Notes: generated by a model from the sequence alone, not told the origin. A stretch of DNA of 64,000 nucleotides from Caulobacteraceae bacterium (GCA_016703335.1 JADJCG010000020.1:14981-78980), one strand, 5' to 3'. Shown: positions 44,874 to 53,911, numbered from the stretch's first letter. Translations and numbers: made by a program.

Positions 44874-46148
44874 ATGGCAATCGCGGCGTATCTCGCCTTC
44901 GAACCGGACGACGCAGGCGCCGCACGACCCATAGCTGCCGAACTCGAACAACATGGTTGGACGGTGCAGGCTTCTGGCCCTGAGTATCGTGTCCAGGACA
45001 AGCTGGGAACTTTGGTTCAGGCGGTCGGCCAGGCGGGTATCGTCATCGTGCTCGCATCGCCGGCCTCACAGGCAAGCGCGTGGATTCGCCGCGAAGTCGC
45101 CGCGGCTCTGAACAATGGCCGCACGATCGTGGTGGTGCAGACAGCCGATCTCGCGGCCGAGTCCTGGTTCAATCAGACGCTCGATCCTTCGACATTCATC
45201 GACTTGAGGCGCGGGGCGCGGTCCGAGACACTCGCCAAGATCATCGAACGAACGCGCACGGCGAGTGGGCGCGGGCGCGTTATCGCCATGCTCAACATCA
45301 AGGGCGGTGTCGGCAAAACGGTGCTAGCGGCCAACCTGTTTGCGGCGGCTCACCTCGCCGACAAGCGCGCGATCAGCTTCATCGACCTCGATCCGCAGCA
45401 TAACCTCACGCAGTATTTTCTCTCACCGGGTGAACGCAATCGCATCCGCGACCGCAACCACACGCTCTATGGCATCCTCAACGCCCGTGGCGATCATTCG
45501 ATACCTGCCAGCGACTTTGGCGCCATTTCGATCCCGCTCAATCGCGTCAAGCGCGGCAACAAGGCGCCGAACTTCGAACTTGTCGCTGGCGACGAGCGTT
45601 TGTTCGAATTCACGCTCGACACGCGCCCCGATCGAGACAAAGCCGAAGCGTTCACCCGCTTTCGCGCACTCGTGGCCGCGCTTCGCGCCCGCTCCGACGC
45701 GGTGATTATCGACTCGAACCCTTGCGCGACCTTTCTCACCCGTTTGGCGATCACAACAGCGGACCACATCGTCGCCCCGGTGCGCCCGGAGCGCTATTCG
45801 CTCACCGGGTTGAACATGCTTGAGCATGTCGTGCGTGAGGTCAGGGGAAGGCCGTTGCAGCCCAACGAATTCTCGGTGCTCCTGAACGGTGTGAACGACC
45901 GCACGCGCTCCGGGGAAACTGGCGACGCCGACACGCTGACCCGTGCGGAGATCCAGAACGCGCCCTTCTTCGGCGGCGCGCTGCTTCCAGACGAGGTGCC
46001 CTATTCGGCCGTTCTGCGTTCAGCGCCGACTGAGCGCTTCGCCGCCAACCCGATCAATGTCACGGCAATGATGCGCGTGGGCGGACGCCCCGCCAAAGAA
46101 TCACTCGCCCGCGCCGCGGCGGCCATTCTCCGGCGGGCCGCGCCGTGA
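44874..46148 (+). CDS. TIR-like domain fused to ParA/Soj-family ATPase
   Basis: aa ~1-125 TIR-like (LASPASQASAWIRRE, FIDL); KGGVGKT deviant Walker A, IDLDPQ, IIDSNP. Confidence 0.8.
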   Translation: MAIAAYLAFEPDDAGAARPIAAELEQHGWTVQASGPEYRVQDKLGTLVQAVGQAGIVIVLASPASQASAWIRREVAAALNNGRTIVVVQTADLAAESWFNQTLDPSTFIDLRRGARSETLAKIIERTRTASGRGRVIAMLNIKGGVGKTVLAANLFAAAHLADKRAISFIDLDPQHNLTQYFLSPGERNRIRDRNHTLYGILNARGDHSIPASDFGAISIPLNRVKRGNKAPNFELVAGDERLFEFTLDTRPDRDKAEAFTRFRALVAALRARSDAVIIDSNPCATFLTRLAITTADHIVAPVRPERYSLTGLNMLEHVVREVRGRPLQPNEFSVLLNGVNDRTRSGETGDADTLTRAEIQNAPFFGGALLPDEVPYSAVLRSAPTERFAANPINVTAMMRVGGRPAKESLARAAAAILRRAAP

Positions 46149-46555
46149 CATTGAAGCCCGCCGACGCCAAGCTCCTTCGCACCGCTCTGGGACGCCGCTC
46201 GCGCGTCGAGGTGCGCAAGATCTTCAAGCTCGCTCGAGACCATACGGATAAAACCCTGCTCGCTGCCGCGCTGCCCACCCCGAAGAAGGCTGCGAAGCCG
46301 AAAGGCGATCCGCTGGTGCGCGAACTCGAGCAAACCCTGAGGCCGATCATGGGCCCGTCACATGAGAAGGCCGATCTGCTGATCGAACACATCGCCAAGA
46401 CGTACAAACGCAAGCTGGCGTACCAGCCGAAGGGGCTGGCCGACGCTACCCGCCAACTCCGCACCAAGTTCAGCGACGATCAGATCAGCGCCGGGGCCAA
46501 AAGCTTGGTCTCGCATCTGAGCAAGCTCTACGGCGGAAGCGACGGCGTCGTGTAA
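46145..46555 (+). CDS. Small basic hypothetical protein, coupled to TIR-ParA
   Basis: 136 aa Lys/Arg-rich; GTGA overlap with the upstream stop. Confidence 0.75.
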   Translation: MTLKPADAKLLRTALGRRSRVEVRKIFKLARDHTDKTLLAAALPTPKKAAKPKGDPLVRELEQTLRPIMGPSHEKADLLIEHIAKTYKRKLAYQPKGLADATRQLRTKFSDDQISAGAKSLVSHLSKLYGGSDGVV

Positions 46556-46605
46556 CCCACACCTCGGCCTGGACGAACTTGGCGGCGTTCACCAAGTTAG
46601 GTCCC

Positions 46606-47078
46606 ATGACAATTTCAGCCTCCGGCTTCGATCTCACCCACCAAGCGCCACCAAGCGCGCGCGCTTAGAGGCCAGTCTCACGGATGAGGAGCGCCGCGTG
46701 CTTTTGCACCACGGCACTGAAGCGGCGTTTTGCGGCGGCCTGCTCAATCAGAAGAAATCCGGTGTGTATTGCTGCCGGCTCTGCGGGCTGCCGCTGTTTC
46801 GCCAGGATACAAAATTCGAAAGCGGCACGGGCTGGCCCAGCTTCACCGGCCCTATCGACCCGCAGCACGTCCTTGGGACTGAAGACAATTCCTACGGCAT
46901 GCGGCGCATCGAGACGCGTTGCGCGCGGTGCGACAGCCATCAGGGCCACGTTTTTCCGGACGGCCCGCGTGCGGCCGGTGGCCTGCGCTACTGCATCAAT
47001 TCGGTGTCGCTACAATTCGTGGCTGACGGCGAGGCCCTGCCAGATCCACTCGGACGCGCAGAGCGCATCGCCGCTTAG
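46606..47078 (+). CDS. msrB: Methionine sulfoxide reductase B (frameshift ~46640)
   Basis: GTE..F, two CxxC, SGTGWPSF, GHVF.DGP, RYCINS. Confidence 0.92.
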
Positions 47079-47295
47079 TGGCGCGCCTTCTTCAGCTGCT
47101 CGATCAGCCGGTCGAGATCGCGCCGCATCGCATGCGTAATGATATCCTCGGCCTCTGTGCCTTTGAACGTACTTAGCGCTCGGAAACCACGCGCCCCACC
47201 AGCAGGCTGGCTTCGTTGGTGTCGTTCGTGAACTGGCGCGCCTTGGCGGCAAGCTCGCCTTGGCGTGAAAGAATGGCCGTCACAGGCTGCGCCAT
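47075..47295 (-). CDS. Small hypothetical protein with sigma-region-2-like pattern (frameshift ~47183)
   Basis: RBS GGAGG then MAQPVTAILSRQGELAAKARQFTNDTNEASLLVGRVVS / RALSTFKG...LKKARH. Confidence 0.5.
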
Positions 47296-47512
47296 GAAGC
47301 GCCTCCATCTGCTTCGGGCCGAACAGCTCCCCCAGTCCGCGCGGCAGATGACACGACGATAACAGAGATTTCCCCAATTCAGAGAGGTAATCGTGGTGTG
47401 TGGAAAGTTTTTTAGACGGGTCTCGGAACTGACAAGGCTTCATTAAGTCTAACAGCGTGCAATGCGTGAGCTGTCTTGACGCCGTGAAAGGTTCGGCGAC
47501 CATGTTCGCAAC

Positions 47513-48256
47513 GTGACAAAGCCATTTCCAACCAAGAATCTGCGCTTCTTTCTGACAGCGCCGTCTCCGTGTCCGTATTTGCCGGGCCGGAAGGAGCGCA
47601 AGGTTTTCACCGCGCTCGATGGCCTCGACGCCGGCGAACTACACGATGTGCTCACTGGCGCGGGCTTCAGGCGTTCGCAGAACATTGCTTACAGACCTTC
47701 ATGCGACGCCTGCGATGCGTGCATCTCTGCGCGCGTGCCGGTTGAGAAATTCGAGTTCACGCGCCGGTGGCGCAAGATCATGCTGCGCAACGCCGACCTC
47801 ACGCGTACGCTTCGCCCGGCGCAGGCCACGGAAGAGCAATTTCGTCTGCTGCGCCGATATCTCGCGTCCCGTCACGCCGACGGCGGCATGGCTGAAATGA
47901 GTTTTACGGACTTCGCCGCCATGGTGGAGGAGTCCGCCGTCCACACGCACATCGTCGAATATCGGTACAGCGACGGCCCGAACAAAGGCGAACTCGCTGC
48001 CGCTGCCTTGGTGGACGCGCTCGGGGACGGACTTTCGATGGTCTATTCGTTCTTCAATCCTGAAGACGCGCGCCGCAGCCCTGGCGTCTACATCATCCTG
48101 GATCACATCCAGCAGGCCCGCGCCGCAGGCTTCGGCTATCTTTATCTCGGCTACTGGATCCCAGGCTCGGACAAGATGCAATACAAGGCCGAGTTCCGCC
48201 CGCTTGAGCTGCTGCTGGGGGGCGAGTGGCGCCCTTACGAGCCGGTGCAGTTCTAA
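47513..48256 (+). CDS. Arginyl-tRNA-protein transferase / Asp-Glu leucyltransferase (ATE/Bpt family)
   Basis: CPYLPGR.ERK, GFRRSQ..AYRP.C..C..C, YLYLGYWI...KM.YK. Confidence 0.92.
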   Translation: MTKPFPTKNLRFFLTAPSPCPYLPGRKERKVFTALDGLDAGELHDVLTGAGFRRSQNIAYRPSCDACDACISARVPVEKFEFTRRWRKIMLRNADLTRTLRPAQATEEQFRLLRRYLASRHADGGMAEMSFTDFAAMVEESAVHTHIVEYRYSDGPNKGELAAAALVDALGDGLSMVYSFFNPEDARRSPGVYIILDHIQQARAAGFGYLYLGYWIPGSDKMQYKAEFRPLELLLGGEWRPYEPVQF

Positions 48257-48319
48257 CCTCACGACACATTATCGCGCCGCTGCTTCGCTGTAGGATAGAT
48301 TTCCGCACGAGGTGAAGCC

Positions 48320-48808
48320 ATGGCTGAGTCGAAGAAGGCGCTTTGGCGCTCCAGCGAAATTCCGGCCGCCATGCGGCCCTTCACGCAGAAGCTCAACGCG
48401 AACTCACTGTTTCGCGCCGCAGGCCTTTCGCGCCTGGCCGGTATGAGCCGCGCGCACGTGAGCTTGGTGAAGCTGCCGCCCGGCAAGGATAGCTTCGCCT
48501 ATCACGCGCACATGCTCGAAGAGGAATGGATCTACATCGTCTCCGGCCGCGCGATGGCGGACATTGATGGCAAGACTTCCGAAGTTGGCCCCGGCGACTT
48601 CATGGGCTTTGCGACGCCGTCAGTGCCGCATTTGCTGCGCAACACGTTCGACGAAGAGTGCGTCTACCTGATGGGCGGTGAGGATCGGCCCATAGATGTC
48701 GTCTCGTATCCCGAGAACGATAAGCGCTACCTGCTGATGCAGACCGACAAAGGCACAGAGTTCTACGAATTGGGCGAACCGATCAAACCGATCGGCAAGC
48801 CGGACTAA
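48320..48808 (+). CDS. Cupin domain protein
   Basis: HAHMLEEEWIYIVSG, VGPGDF.GF...H.LRN. Confidence 0.85.
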   Translation: MAESKKALWRSSEIPAAMRPFTQKLNANSLFRAAGLSRLAGMSRAHVSLVKLPPGKDSFAYHAHMLEEEWIYIVSGRAMADIDGKTSEVGPGDFMGFATPSVPHLLRNTFDEECVYLMGGEDRPIDVVSYPENDKRYLLMQTDKGTEFYELGEPIKPIGKPD

Positions 48809-49344
48809 AGCACCACACCTTCGCGCGTACGCGCACCTTCAGGCGCTGCGTAGCCAAACCGCGCGCACACGCGACTGTTCATCGCTTGAGGGCCTGGCGG
48901 CTCATCGCCGGAGAAAACAAGCAGGGTGACGACCGTCGCACGCTCGTCGTAGGCCAACGCCACGTACTGAGGACGCTCAGCGCCGCACAAGCCGATCACG
49001 CCATCGGGTACGACCTGTTCGGTGACACGGCGCAGCTCGACGTTCAAGTTTCCAGGGCCGACCACGGCAGCGGCATAGCTATCCCCGTTCTTCGCCATGA
49101 GATCGCCGCCGCGGCGCGGGTTCAGCGTGCGTGTGTAGAGGGTGATGCCGTTGGTGAAGGTTACGCCCGCGCGTTGGATGACCATCCCACCGGTGACCGA
49201 GCGCGCCGTATTCGATGACGCTTTGTAGTCACCGCTCAACTCGGTGGTGCTGGGAGGCCGCGCGTTGGTCGCCGCGTCCGAATTGGGCGCCGCCGTGCAG
49301 GCGCAGAGCGCGAGCAATGAGAGGGCGGCGAGGACGTAGCGCAT
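48805..49344 (-). CDS. Hypothetical lipoprotein (paralog of 50350-50877)
   Basis: Lipobox; SNTA.S.TG motif; two conserved Cys. Confidence 0.7.
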   Translation of the reverse strand: MRYVLAALSLLALCACTAAPNSDAATNARPPSTTELSGDYKASSNTARSVTGGMVIQRAGVTFTNGITLYTRTLNPRRGGDLMAKNGDSYAAAVVGPGNLNVELRRVTEQVVPDGVIGLCGAERPQYVALAYDERATVVTLLVFSGDEPPGPQAMNSRVCARFGYAAPEGARTREGVVL

Positions 49345-49487
49345 GGCCGCTGTTTACCCCCGCCCGCCGGACGCCGCGACCCTGCCCCATCGCAAAACAC
49401 GCATGATTGGTCGCTTACTCCGGCACGCCATAGGAATACACCGCACGGACCTCACTGTTCGTCGCATTGCGGCGCAAAGCGACAACC

Positions 49488-50294
49488 TCATGGTGCGTAT
49501 CCCAGGTTGACCAAGAATCCTTCGGCGAGAGTCGCGGCCTGTGCCGAGATGGCTTCATCCGGTTGCGGCGTTTCGCGATCGTTGATGCCAGCGGGCGTGA
49601 ACAAGTGGCCGTAGCCGCGATAGATCTTCAACACACAGCGATCACCATAGGTGCGCATCGCCTCGCAAAAGCGCTGCGCGCCGGGCAGCGGTGTTTCGCT
49701 ATCGACGTCGCCTTGCAGGATCAAAGTCGGCGGCAAGCCGGCGCGCACGTTCGACAAGGGCGACAACTCCCGCGCTGCTTCTTCGCCGGCCAAACGCGCA
49801 AACCAGCCATCGCGCTCCAGATCGAGCGCTGGCGAAACCAGCACAAGCGCGTTGTGCCGCGCACGGGTATCCTCGGATTGCGCGGTTGACACTGCGATCT
49901 GGCCACCGGCGGAGACGCCGTAGGCGGCGATGCGGGTTGGGTCGATGTGAAGTGTGGCTGCGTTGTCGCGAAGCCAGCGGATGACGCTACGCGCGTCGGC
50001 GGTGGCGAGGCGTGGGTTGCCGAGGCGATACTCGACAGAGACCGTGAGCATGCCGCGCTCGGCGAAGCGGCGCGCGCGTGGGTACATCCATGTAGCGTCA
50101 CCGGCGACCCAGCCGCCGCCATGCAGCAGCACGACTGCGCCTCGGGCGGCTGAACTTGGGCCTGTATCGAACACGTGGGCTTCGACAATAGCGCCGTCTT
50201 CGCTCGCGATGCGCTCAACGCGTGGCGCGCGTTCGGTCTGCGCCGATGCGTTCAGCGCAATGAGCCAAAACAATCCCGCAAACACAGCCCGCAT
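49488..50294 (-). CDS. Secreted alpha/beta hydrolase (HSL-type esterase)
   Basis: Signal peptide, HGGGW, GVSAGG, GDVD, GYGH. Confidence 0.88.
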   Translation of the reverse strand: MRAVFAGLFWLIALNASAQTERAPRVERIASEDGAIVEAHVFDTGPSSAARGAVVLLHGGGWVAGDATWMYPRARRFAERGMLTVSVEYRLGNPRLATADARSVIRWLRDNAATLHIDPTRIAAYGVSAGGQIAVSTAQSEDTRARHNALVLVSPALDLERDGWFARLAGEEAARELSPLSNVRAGLPPTLILQGDVDSETPLPGAQRFCEAMRTYGDRCVLKIYRGYGHLFTPAGINDRETPQPDEAISAQAATLAEGFLVNLGYAP

Positions 50295-50349
50295 CTTAGT
50301 CCCCCACGCTGACGCTAATGGCAGGAGGCGCAGAACGCAAAGCCATCCG

Positions 50350-50877
50350 CTATTGGGCGGCCGCCAGCGCGTAATTGAACGTGCCGCAGAGTTGCGAGTT
50401 GTGGGCGTTCGGACCGGGCGCGTCGGCGCCGGAGAAGACGAGAAGTGACAGCGTCTCCGTGCCGTGCGCGACGATGACGTGGCTCACCGTTTGCCCCTCG
50501 CCGCACAATTGCGGATCGCGCGCATCGGCGGCAACGCGGACAAGATCGACGCGGCGCACTTCCATGTTGAGAATGTTTGTATTGCCGGTGACGTCGCGCG
50601 CTGTGCCGCCGCCTGCCGACAAATCTGCGTCGGGCATCAACATCGTCTCGGTGCGGGCGCCTTCGATGCGAAAGCCTTTCTCAAAGCTCAACACGTCCGG
50701 CGCGAGATCGAGGGCGCCGGTGATCGACATCGCCGTATTCGAGATTGCGTCGTAGTGAGCGACGAATGCTGTGGATGCCGGCGCCTCCGCGGACGTTGCC
50801 GCCGTCTCGGGCGCAGGCGCCGTAGTTTGCCCGCAAGCAGCCAGAGCAAGAGCGGTCAAAGGGAACACGAAGCGCAT
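50350..50877 (-). CDS. Hypothetical lipoprotein (paralog of 48805-49344)
   Basis: Lipobox LAAC; SNTAMSITG; LC...LLVFSG..APGP...C..F.Y. Confidence 0.72.
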   Translation of the reverse strand: MRFVFPLTALALAACGQTTAPAPETAATSAEAPASTAFVAHYDAISNTAMSITGALDLAPDVLSFEKGFRIEGARTETMLMPDADLSAGGGTARDVTGNTNILNMEVRRVDLVRVAADARDPQLCGEGQTVSHVIVAHGTETLSLLVFSGADAPGPNAHNSQLCGTFNYALAAAQ

Positions 50878-50947
50878 GAGATTCTCCTCTGCGTTCCATC
50901 TAGCACGCGAAGCGTGTCCGTCACGCGCGCGGCGCGTACGGAAATAT

Positions 50948-51281
50948 GGGAGGACGGGGCGCGTGGGATACGCCTAGTTTAGTTCCTTGAAGCGCAGATC
51001 ATCGCTGACCGGCGCCGCGCGTCACACGCGCCCCGTTGCGATCTGTGCTCGCCAGGCCGCCACCAGGAGGTCTTTCACTCCCTTGGAACGGTCCCCGGCG
51101 GCGTGCGGGCTTCGTGCCGACAAAGTCCCGGTATGCTCCCGCAGTTGGCGCATTAGAGTTGCTGCTAACCCGCAGGCTTCTCTGCGTCGCAACGCCGAGG
51201 GCGTACGCAGCAGATCACGCTCGATCGCATCCCGGCGCTTCGTGTGGCTCGGCTAGCCTACGAACCTCCCGTGCGCGGGAC
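50948..51281 (-). ncRNA. Candidate ~330-nt structured non-coding RNA of unknown class
   Basis: Nested inverted repeats found by eye; G-U pairs favour the minus strand; -10-like CATACT at 51293-51288. Confidence 0.5.
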
Positions 51282-51308
51282 GGCGTGAGTATGGCGCGGG
51301 TTCGGAGG

Positions 51309-51376
51309 TGTGGGATAGATTCTGGCGCGGGCGTTGATGGATATGGGATTTTGGGTGGTTTGCTGTGGGATAGATT
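51309..51376. repeat. 13-bp perfect direct repeat TGTGGGATAGATT x2 (51309-51321, 51364-51376)
   Basis: Read directly; 55-bp period. Confidence 0.85.
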
Positions 51377-51759
51377 GGGAGCACGCGCGAGTCAGTGATG
51401 GCTGGCAGGAACCGGAGCGCAGGTTCGCGTGCGGGGCCTGTGAACCGGGCCAACCATAGCTTGCCTTCAGGAGGAGAGGCTTCCACCTCCGCCGCTCTCC
51501 AACCCAACGCGCTCTTCCCCCCGCGCCCGCCCACCCACCCCAGCATCAGTTCCTATCTAGGCCTGGGAATTTCGGGACGCCTCAGCGGGGGGCTTCTGCG
51601 AGGTCCACGCGTCCGTGTCAGGCGACCGCCCCGGGGCTTCAAGGAGCCGTCGGTCGCTTCCATGCGCGGCAGGGGGCGTTCGACTGACCTGCGCTTGGGG
51701 GCGCTGCTGCGGGTCGCTGCTCGCTTTTTTATCGGGTCGTCTTCACCGCTCACGCGCCC

Positions 51760-53292
51760 TCACAGCGGAATGTTGTCGTGCTTCTTCCAGGGGTTCTCTA
51801 GCTTTTTGTTCTTCAGCGTGCCGAGGGCGCGGATGATGCGCTTGCGGGTTTCGCGGGGCATGATCACGTCGTCGACGTAGCCCAGGCTCGCGGCCACAAA
51901 CGGATTGGCGAAGCGGTCGGAATATTCCTGCGTGCGCGCCGCGATCTTTTCCGGATCGCCGATGTCGGCGCGGAAGATGATCTCGACCGCGCCCTTCGCG
52001 CCCATCACCGCGATCTCGGCGCTCGGCCACGCATAGTTCACGTCGCCGCGCAGGTGCTTGGAACTCATGACGTCATAGGCGCCGCCATAGGCTTTGCGCG
52101 TGATCACCGTGACTTTCGGCACCGTGGCTTCGCCGTACGCGAACAAGAGCTTGGCGCCGTGCTTGATGAGGCCGCCCAGCTCTTGCTTGGTGCCCGGCAA
52201 GAAGCCCGGCACGTCCACGAATGTGACGATCGGAATGTTGAAGGCATCGCAGAAGCGCACGAAGCGCGCGGCTTTGCGCGAGGCGTCGCTGTCGAGCACG
52301 CCGGCGAGCACCATCGGCTGGTTGGCGACGATGCCGACGGTGGAGCCATCGAGGCGCGCGAAGGCGGTGATGATGTTCTTGCCGAACTCAGGGCCAATCT
52401 CGAAGAAGTCGCCCTCGTCGACCACCTTCAGGATCAACTCCTTCATGTCGTAGGGCTTGTTCGGATTGTCGGGGATCAGGCGATTGAGCGACGTTTCCTC
52501 GCGCGTGACATCATCTAAGTGCGGGCGCGTCGGCGGCTTTTCGCGGTTGGAGAGCGGCAGGAAATCGATCAGGCGGCGCATCTGCGTCAGCGTCTCGAAA
52601 TCGTTTTCGTAGGCGCCGTCGGCGACACCTGATTTGGCCGCGTGCACGCGCGCGCCGCCGAGTTCTTCGGCCGTCACGACTTCGTTGGTCACGGTCTTCA
52701 CCACGTCAGGCCCGGTCACGAACATGTAGCTCGTATCCTTCACCATGAAGATGAAGTCGGTCATCGCCGGCGAATACACATCGCCGCCCGCGCACGGGCC
52801 CATGATGACGCTGATCTGCGGAATGACGCCCGAGGCCAGAATGTTGCGCTGGAAGATGTCGGCGTAGCCAGCCAGCGATTCCACGCCTTCTTGAATGCGC
52901 GCGCCGCCGGCGTCGAAAATCCCGACGATCGGCGCGCCGTTCTTCATCGCCATGTCCTGCACTTTGCAGATCTTGGCCGCGTGCGCGCCCGAGAGCGAAC
53001 CGCCGAACACGGTGAAGTCCTTGGAGAAGACGTAGACCAAGCGGCCATTGATGGTGCCGTAGCCGGTGACGACGCCGTCGCCCGGGATTTTGGTTTTCTC
53101 CATGCCGAATTCGTGGCTGCGATGTTCGACGAACATGTCGAACTCTTCGAAGCTGCCTTCATCGAGCAAAAGCTCAATGCGCTCGCGCGCCGTGAGTTTG
53201 CCTTTGGCGTGCTGAGCCGCGTGGCGCTTCTCGCCCCGGCCTGCGCGCGCGGCGGCGCGTTTGGCTTCGAGTGCGGCGATGATGTCTTTCAT
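51760..53292 (-). CDS. pccB: Acyl-CoA (propionyl-CoA) carboxylase beta subunit
   Basis: [39 protein letters not shown]. Confidence 0.93.
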   Translation of the reverse strand: MKDIIAALEAKRAAARAGRGEKRHAAQHAKGKLTARERIELLLDEGSFEEFDMFVEHRSHEFGMEKTKIPGDGVVTGYGTINGRLVYVFSKDFTVFGGSLSGAHAAKICKVQDMAMKNGAPIVGIFDAGGARIQEGVESLAGYADIFQRNILASGVIPQISVIMGPCAGGDVYSPAMTDFIFMVKDTSYMFVTGPDVVKTVTNEVVTAEELGGARVHAAKSGVADGAYENDFETLTQMRRLIDFLPLSNREKPPTRPHLDDVTREETSLNRLIPDNPNKPYDMKELILKVVDEGDFFEIGPEFGKNIITAFARLDGSTVGIVANQPMVLAGVLDSDASRKAARFVRFCDAFNIPIVTFVDVPGFLPGTKQELGGLIKHGAKLLFAYGEATVPKVTVITRKAYGGAYDVMSSKHLRGDVNYAWPSAEIAVMGAKGAVEIIFRADIGDPEKIAARTQEYSDRFANPFVAASLGYVDDVIMPRETRKRIIRALGTLKNKKLENPWKKHDNIPL

Positions 53293-53870
53293 TGGTTCGT
53301 CCGAGCGTTGATCGAAAGGGAGGACATAAATTGATGCATCGAGGCGATGTCGATGTCGGCGTTCTCGCCGCCGCCGGCGCCGCAGGCGACGGTGTAGCGT
53401 GTCGCGGCATCGGCGCCCGCGATGGCGAAGACTGCTTGCATATGACGAAAGTTGCCCGTGTTGCGATCGAATCTGACGACGCGCACGCCGTTCACGATCT
53501 CGTTCGAGAAGGTGTGGACCTCGTTGTCGGCAGCCGCGGGTCCAAACAAGCTTTCGGACGTCGCGCCCGCGCTGGCGGCGTTGAGCAGCTCTTGCGTCAA
53601 TTGCGGGCCGCGCAGTGCTTCAACTGAGCACTGCCGCAAAGTGTCCTGACCCAGAATTTGTGTTTGCGACGCGATGGTCAGCAGGCGCTGTTCGTCCGCG
53701 CTCGGATCTTCAGTGTTCGCCCAGCCTGCGGGAATGGTGACGCTGAAGGCGCCGCTTGGCGGCGTCCAACCGGACTGCGCGCCGGGCGCCACTTCGGCTG
53801 GCGCGGGCTCTGCAGCGGGCGCACCGCCACAGGCGGCGAGCGCGAAAACAGCCAGGAGACTGACTCTCAT
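53289..53870 (-). CDS. Hypothetical lipoprotein
   Basis: [14 protein letters not shown] lipobox; overlaps the pccB start. Confidence 0.7.
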   Translation of the reverse strand: MRVSLLAVFALAACGGAPAAEPAPAEVAPGAQSGWTPPSGAFSVTIPAGWANTEDPSADEQRLLTIASQTQILGQDTLRQCSVEALRGPQLTQELLNAASAGATSESLFGPAAADNEVHTFSNEIVNGVRVVRFDRNTGNFRHMQAVFAIAGADAATRYTVACGAGGGENADIDIASMHQFMSSLSINARTNQ

Positions 53871-53911
53871 AAGGTCCGGGTTAATGGCCGGAGAGCCGCC
53901 AAGCAAGCAGC

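Noticed and set aside
44874-46148. Chromosomal parA or MipZ
   Set aside because: No parB or gidAB context, and it carries an extra TIR-like N-terminal domain.
50948-51281. Identification of the structured region as RNase P RNA, tmRNA, SRP RNA or a group II intron
   Set aside because: I did not find GAGGAAAGUCC, a tRNA-like acceptor/T-arm, the SRP GGAA-loop motif or a domain V consensus.
50987-51880. ORFs listed across the 51-kb intergenic region, including 51553-51753 minus
   Set aside because: Arg/Pro/Gly-rich shadow-like translations with no motifs; 51553-51753 overlaps the putative second RNA copy. It is not fully excluded.
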